This document shows positions 61,860 to 64,000 of a stretch of 64,000 bases of DNA, in pieces. A model generated the notes under the pieces. The model was not told the origin of the DNA. It was given only the letters and a program-made list of their open reading frames with translations, and made no database searches. Positions within the stretch are counted from its first letter, which is position 1. The number at the start of each line of letters is the position of its first letter. Both the position numbers and the translations under genes were made by a program. Source of the DNA: Octopus sinensis (Eukaryota); the NCBI RefSeq assembly GCF_006345805.1, contig NC_043007.1, positions 67,332,001 through 67,396,000 of the forward strand, in the 5' to 3' direction.

Positions 61860-62250
61860 CCATTGTGTGGTTAAGAAGCTTGCTTTCCACCATGTGGTCT
61901 CAGGTTCAGTCCCGCTGCAAGGTACTTTTGGTAAGTGTCTTCTACAGCCCCAGACCAACCAAAGCTTTGTGAGTTGATATGGTCGGTGGGAACTGAAAGA
62001 AACCTGCCCTGTGTGTGTGTGTGTGTGCATGCGCATTTGTCTTGATATGATCTGATTTTTTTTTTTAAGAGCATCATTGTCATACAAGCTATGTTATTCA
62101 TGCCCAATCTTCTAGAGGGAAATGTTTTCTAGCTTGGAAGGAGGTAATGGTTGTTGACAGGAAAGGTATCAGGCCATAGAAAATCTGCTTCAATGAATTC
62201 TGTGTGACCTATACAAATTTGAAAAGTGGACATTAAACACACATACAAAG
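61860..62250 (+). mobile_element. Degenerate SINE family 1 head with RTE-like tail
   Basis: gtgtggttaagaagcttgc...ggttcagtcccgctgc, (TG)n, ggaaaggtatc...aaaagtggacattaaac. Confidence 0.65.
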
Positions 62251-64000
62251 GAGTGCTGTAGAGTTTCTGGCTTTAAGGGCATTGCAAAAGGCCTGGTTGG
62301 AGGCTCAACCTTCCATGTCCTTTTACAGGGCTTAGAAAAACTGAAGGACCACTGCAATAAGTGGGTGAATCTGAATGAAATTTGAATGAAATCGTAATTA
62401 ATTGATCTCCTGTATTTTCTTTTATCCAAAGCCAGGAACTTTTTAGCACCCTCTTCTATATTATATGTGTGTGTAGTCTTGGGTTCAATCTCACTGCACG
62501 GCACCTTGGGCAATTATCTTCTATAGCCCCAAGCCAATCAGAGTTTATTGGGATGAAACTGTAAGCCATTTAATTTGGTGCCCTCAAAGTAGTGTATAGC
62601 TTAACTTTTGTAGATTCCTGCTTTGAAGAGGTAGAATGTTTTATATCAGAATACAAAGCTACCTTGTGTCTGGAGTGGAGAGAAAGGAAGAAGGTACAAT
62701 TTATGGGTTGTTACAATAAAAAAAAATAGTACATCAAGATATTGAATTATTCTCAGGCTGAAGCTCCTGTACAAATGATGACAGAAAAGTGAATTCCACT
62801 TCAAAGTATCCTTGGATTAGGTGGCAGTGTTAAAGGTATCCTTGAAACAGGTGGCAGTGTTAAATGTACCCTTGGATTATGAATCGAGGTGGCAATGTTA
62901 AAATAGGTAACAGATTGTGTCCATAACTCAACAACATGTACATTCCAATGAGCTTCCACACAGTTTCTAGTCACCCAAAGTTCACTTGCAAGGTTTGGTT
63001 GACTCTAGGCTATACAAGACATTTGCCTAAGATAGTGCACAATAGGCCTGAACCTGGGACAACAGGATAGCAAAACAAGACTTCTTAACCATGCAACAAT
63101 GCTTGCACTAGTGGTTTCATAAAAGTGGGTTAGAAATTCGTTGTTAATGTCTGTGATAATCTTATAGACATCTATTTAACATAATTTGGATCTTTCATGA
63201 GCTGATTAATGTATTGTTAGTATCAGAGATAATACCTTGCAGTATTTGGTTACGGACCTTTACAGTCTTAAGTTCAAATCCTGTTTGTCTTTTAATCTTT
63301 CCAGAATCAGAAAAATAAAGTACTAACCAAGTTGTGAGGTTGATTTAACCAATGATAGCCTCTCCCAAAATATGTGTCCCTCTGCCACTGTTAGTATGTT
63401 ATTTACAAGACATTGATTAGTTTAGTGTAGTACAAGACGCTTATTCCACTGGTAAAAGCATCTTCTATAGCTTTGAGTTGATCAATACCTTAGAAGGCAA
63501 ATTGGATAGATGGATAACCGTATGGAAGCTTGTCATATATATATATGTTTGTTTTTATGTTCAGTTATAATAAAAACAATTTTACATTAATCTGTAGGTT
63601 ACCCTATATTTTTGTAGAGTACAAATTTATTATTCTTAAACAAGAATGTTGTTGACAGTGACTTCAAAGTTTCAGCCAGCTAAGCCATTATCTGACTGAA
63701 ATACATTAGTCTTGCCTTTATATAGTCTCTGTTGAGTTAAAACCATCTGTATGTGTGTGAGCTTGAGTGGGGTGGTAATTAGGTTTTTTATGATTGGTTG
63801 TTAAGGAAAGGTGTTTTGAAAAAAATTTTAATTGATTAAATTTTGGGATTATGTTTTGGGAGTGAAATTGGGTAGTTGGATAACTGAATGGAAGAGGTTT
63901 ATTTCTCTCTCTCTCTCTCACAACAAACCTCCATAAAGGTTATCCATTTACCCAATTTCACTCCTGAAACATGTTTTCTCCACACTGACACCTCTTACAC

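Overview
AT-rich animal genomic DNA, dense in microsatellites and repeats. By its SINE and LINE complement it is most likely an octopus or other coleoid cephalopod; this is inferred from repeat families I recognise, not from a search. No complete protein-coding gene is visible. Nearly all listed ORFs are microsatellite or repeat artefacts, or decayed transposon ORFs (RTE, CR1, L2-like, R4/Dong-like and Tx1 LINEs; Tc1, mariner, maT and Tigger transposases). The window also holds many tRNA-derived SINEs, TTAA-flanked piggyBac-type MITEs, non-autonomous Helitrons and at least seven long hairpins. The only credible host-gene signal is a CpG-rich promoter-like region near 47.3 kb (TCTCGCGAGA plus TATA), followed by a 21-nt ATG exon (MAAPNQV) with a GTAAGT donor. 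The most unusual structure is an RTE-LINE 3'UTR expanded into a two-level tandem array: 62-bp repeats nested in roughly 280-570-bp units. It occurs twice, in opposite orientation about 12 kb apart, and both copies share the same unit junction. This suggests an RTE subfamily or non-autonomous derivative that moves as a multimer and forms a potential long dsRNA.
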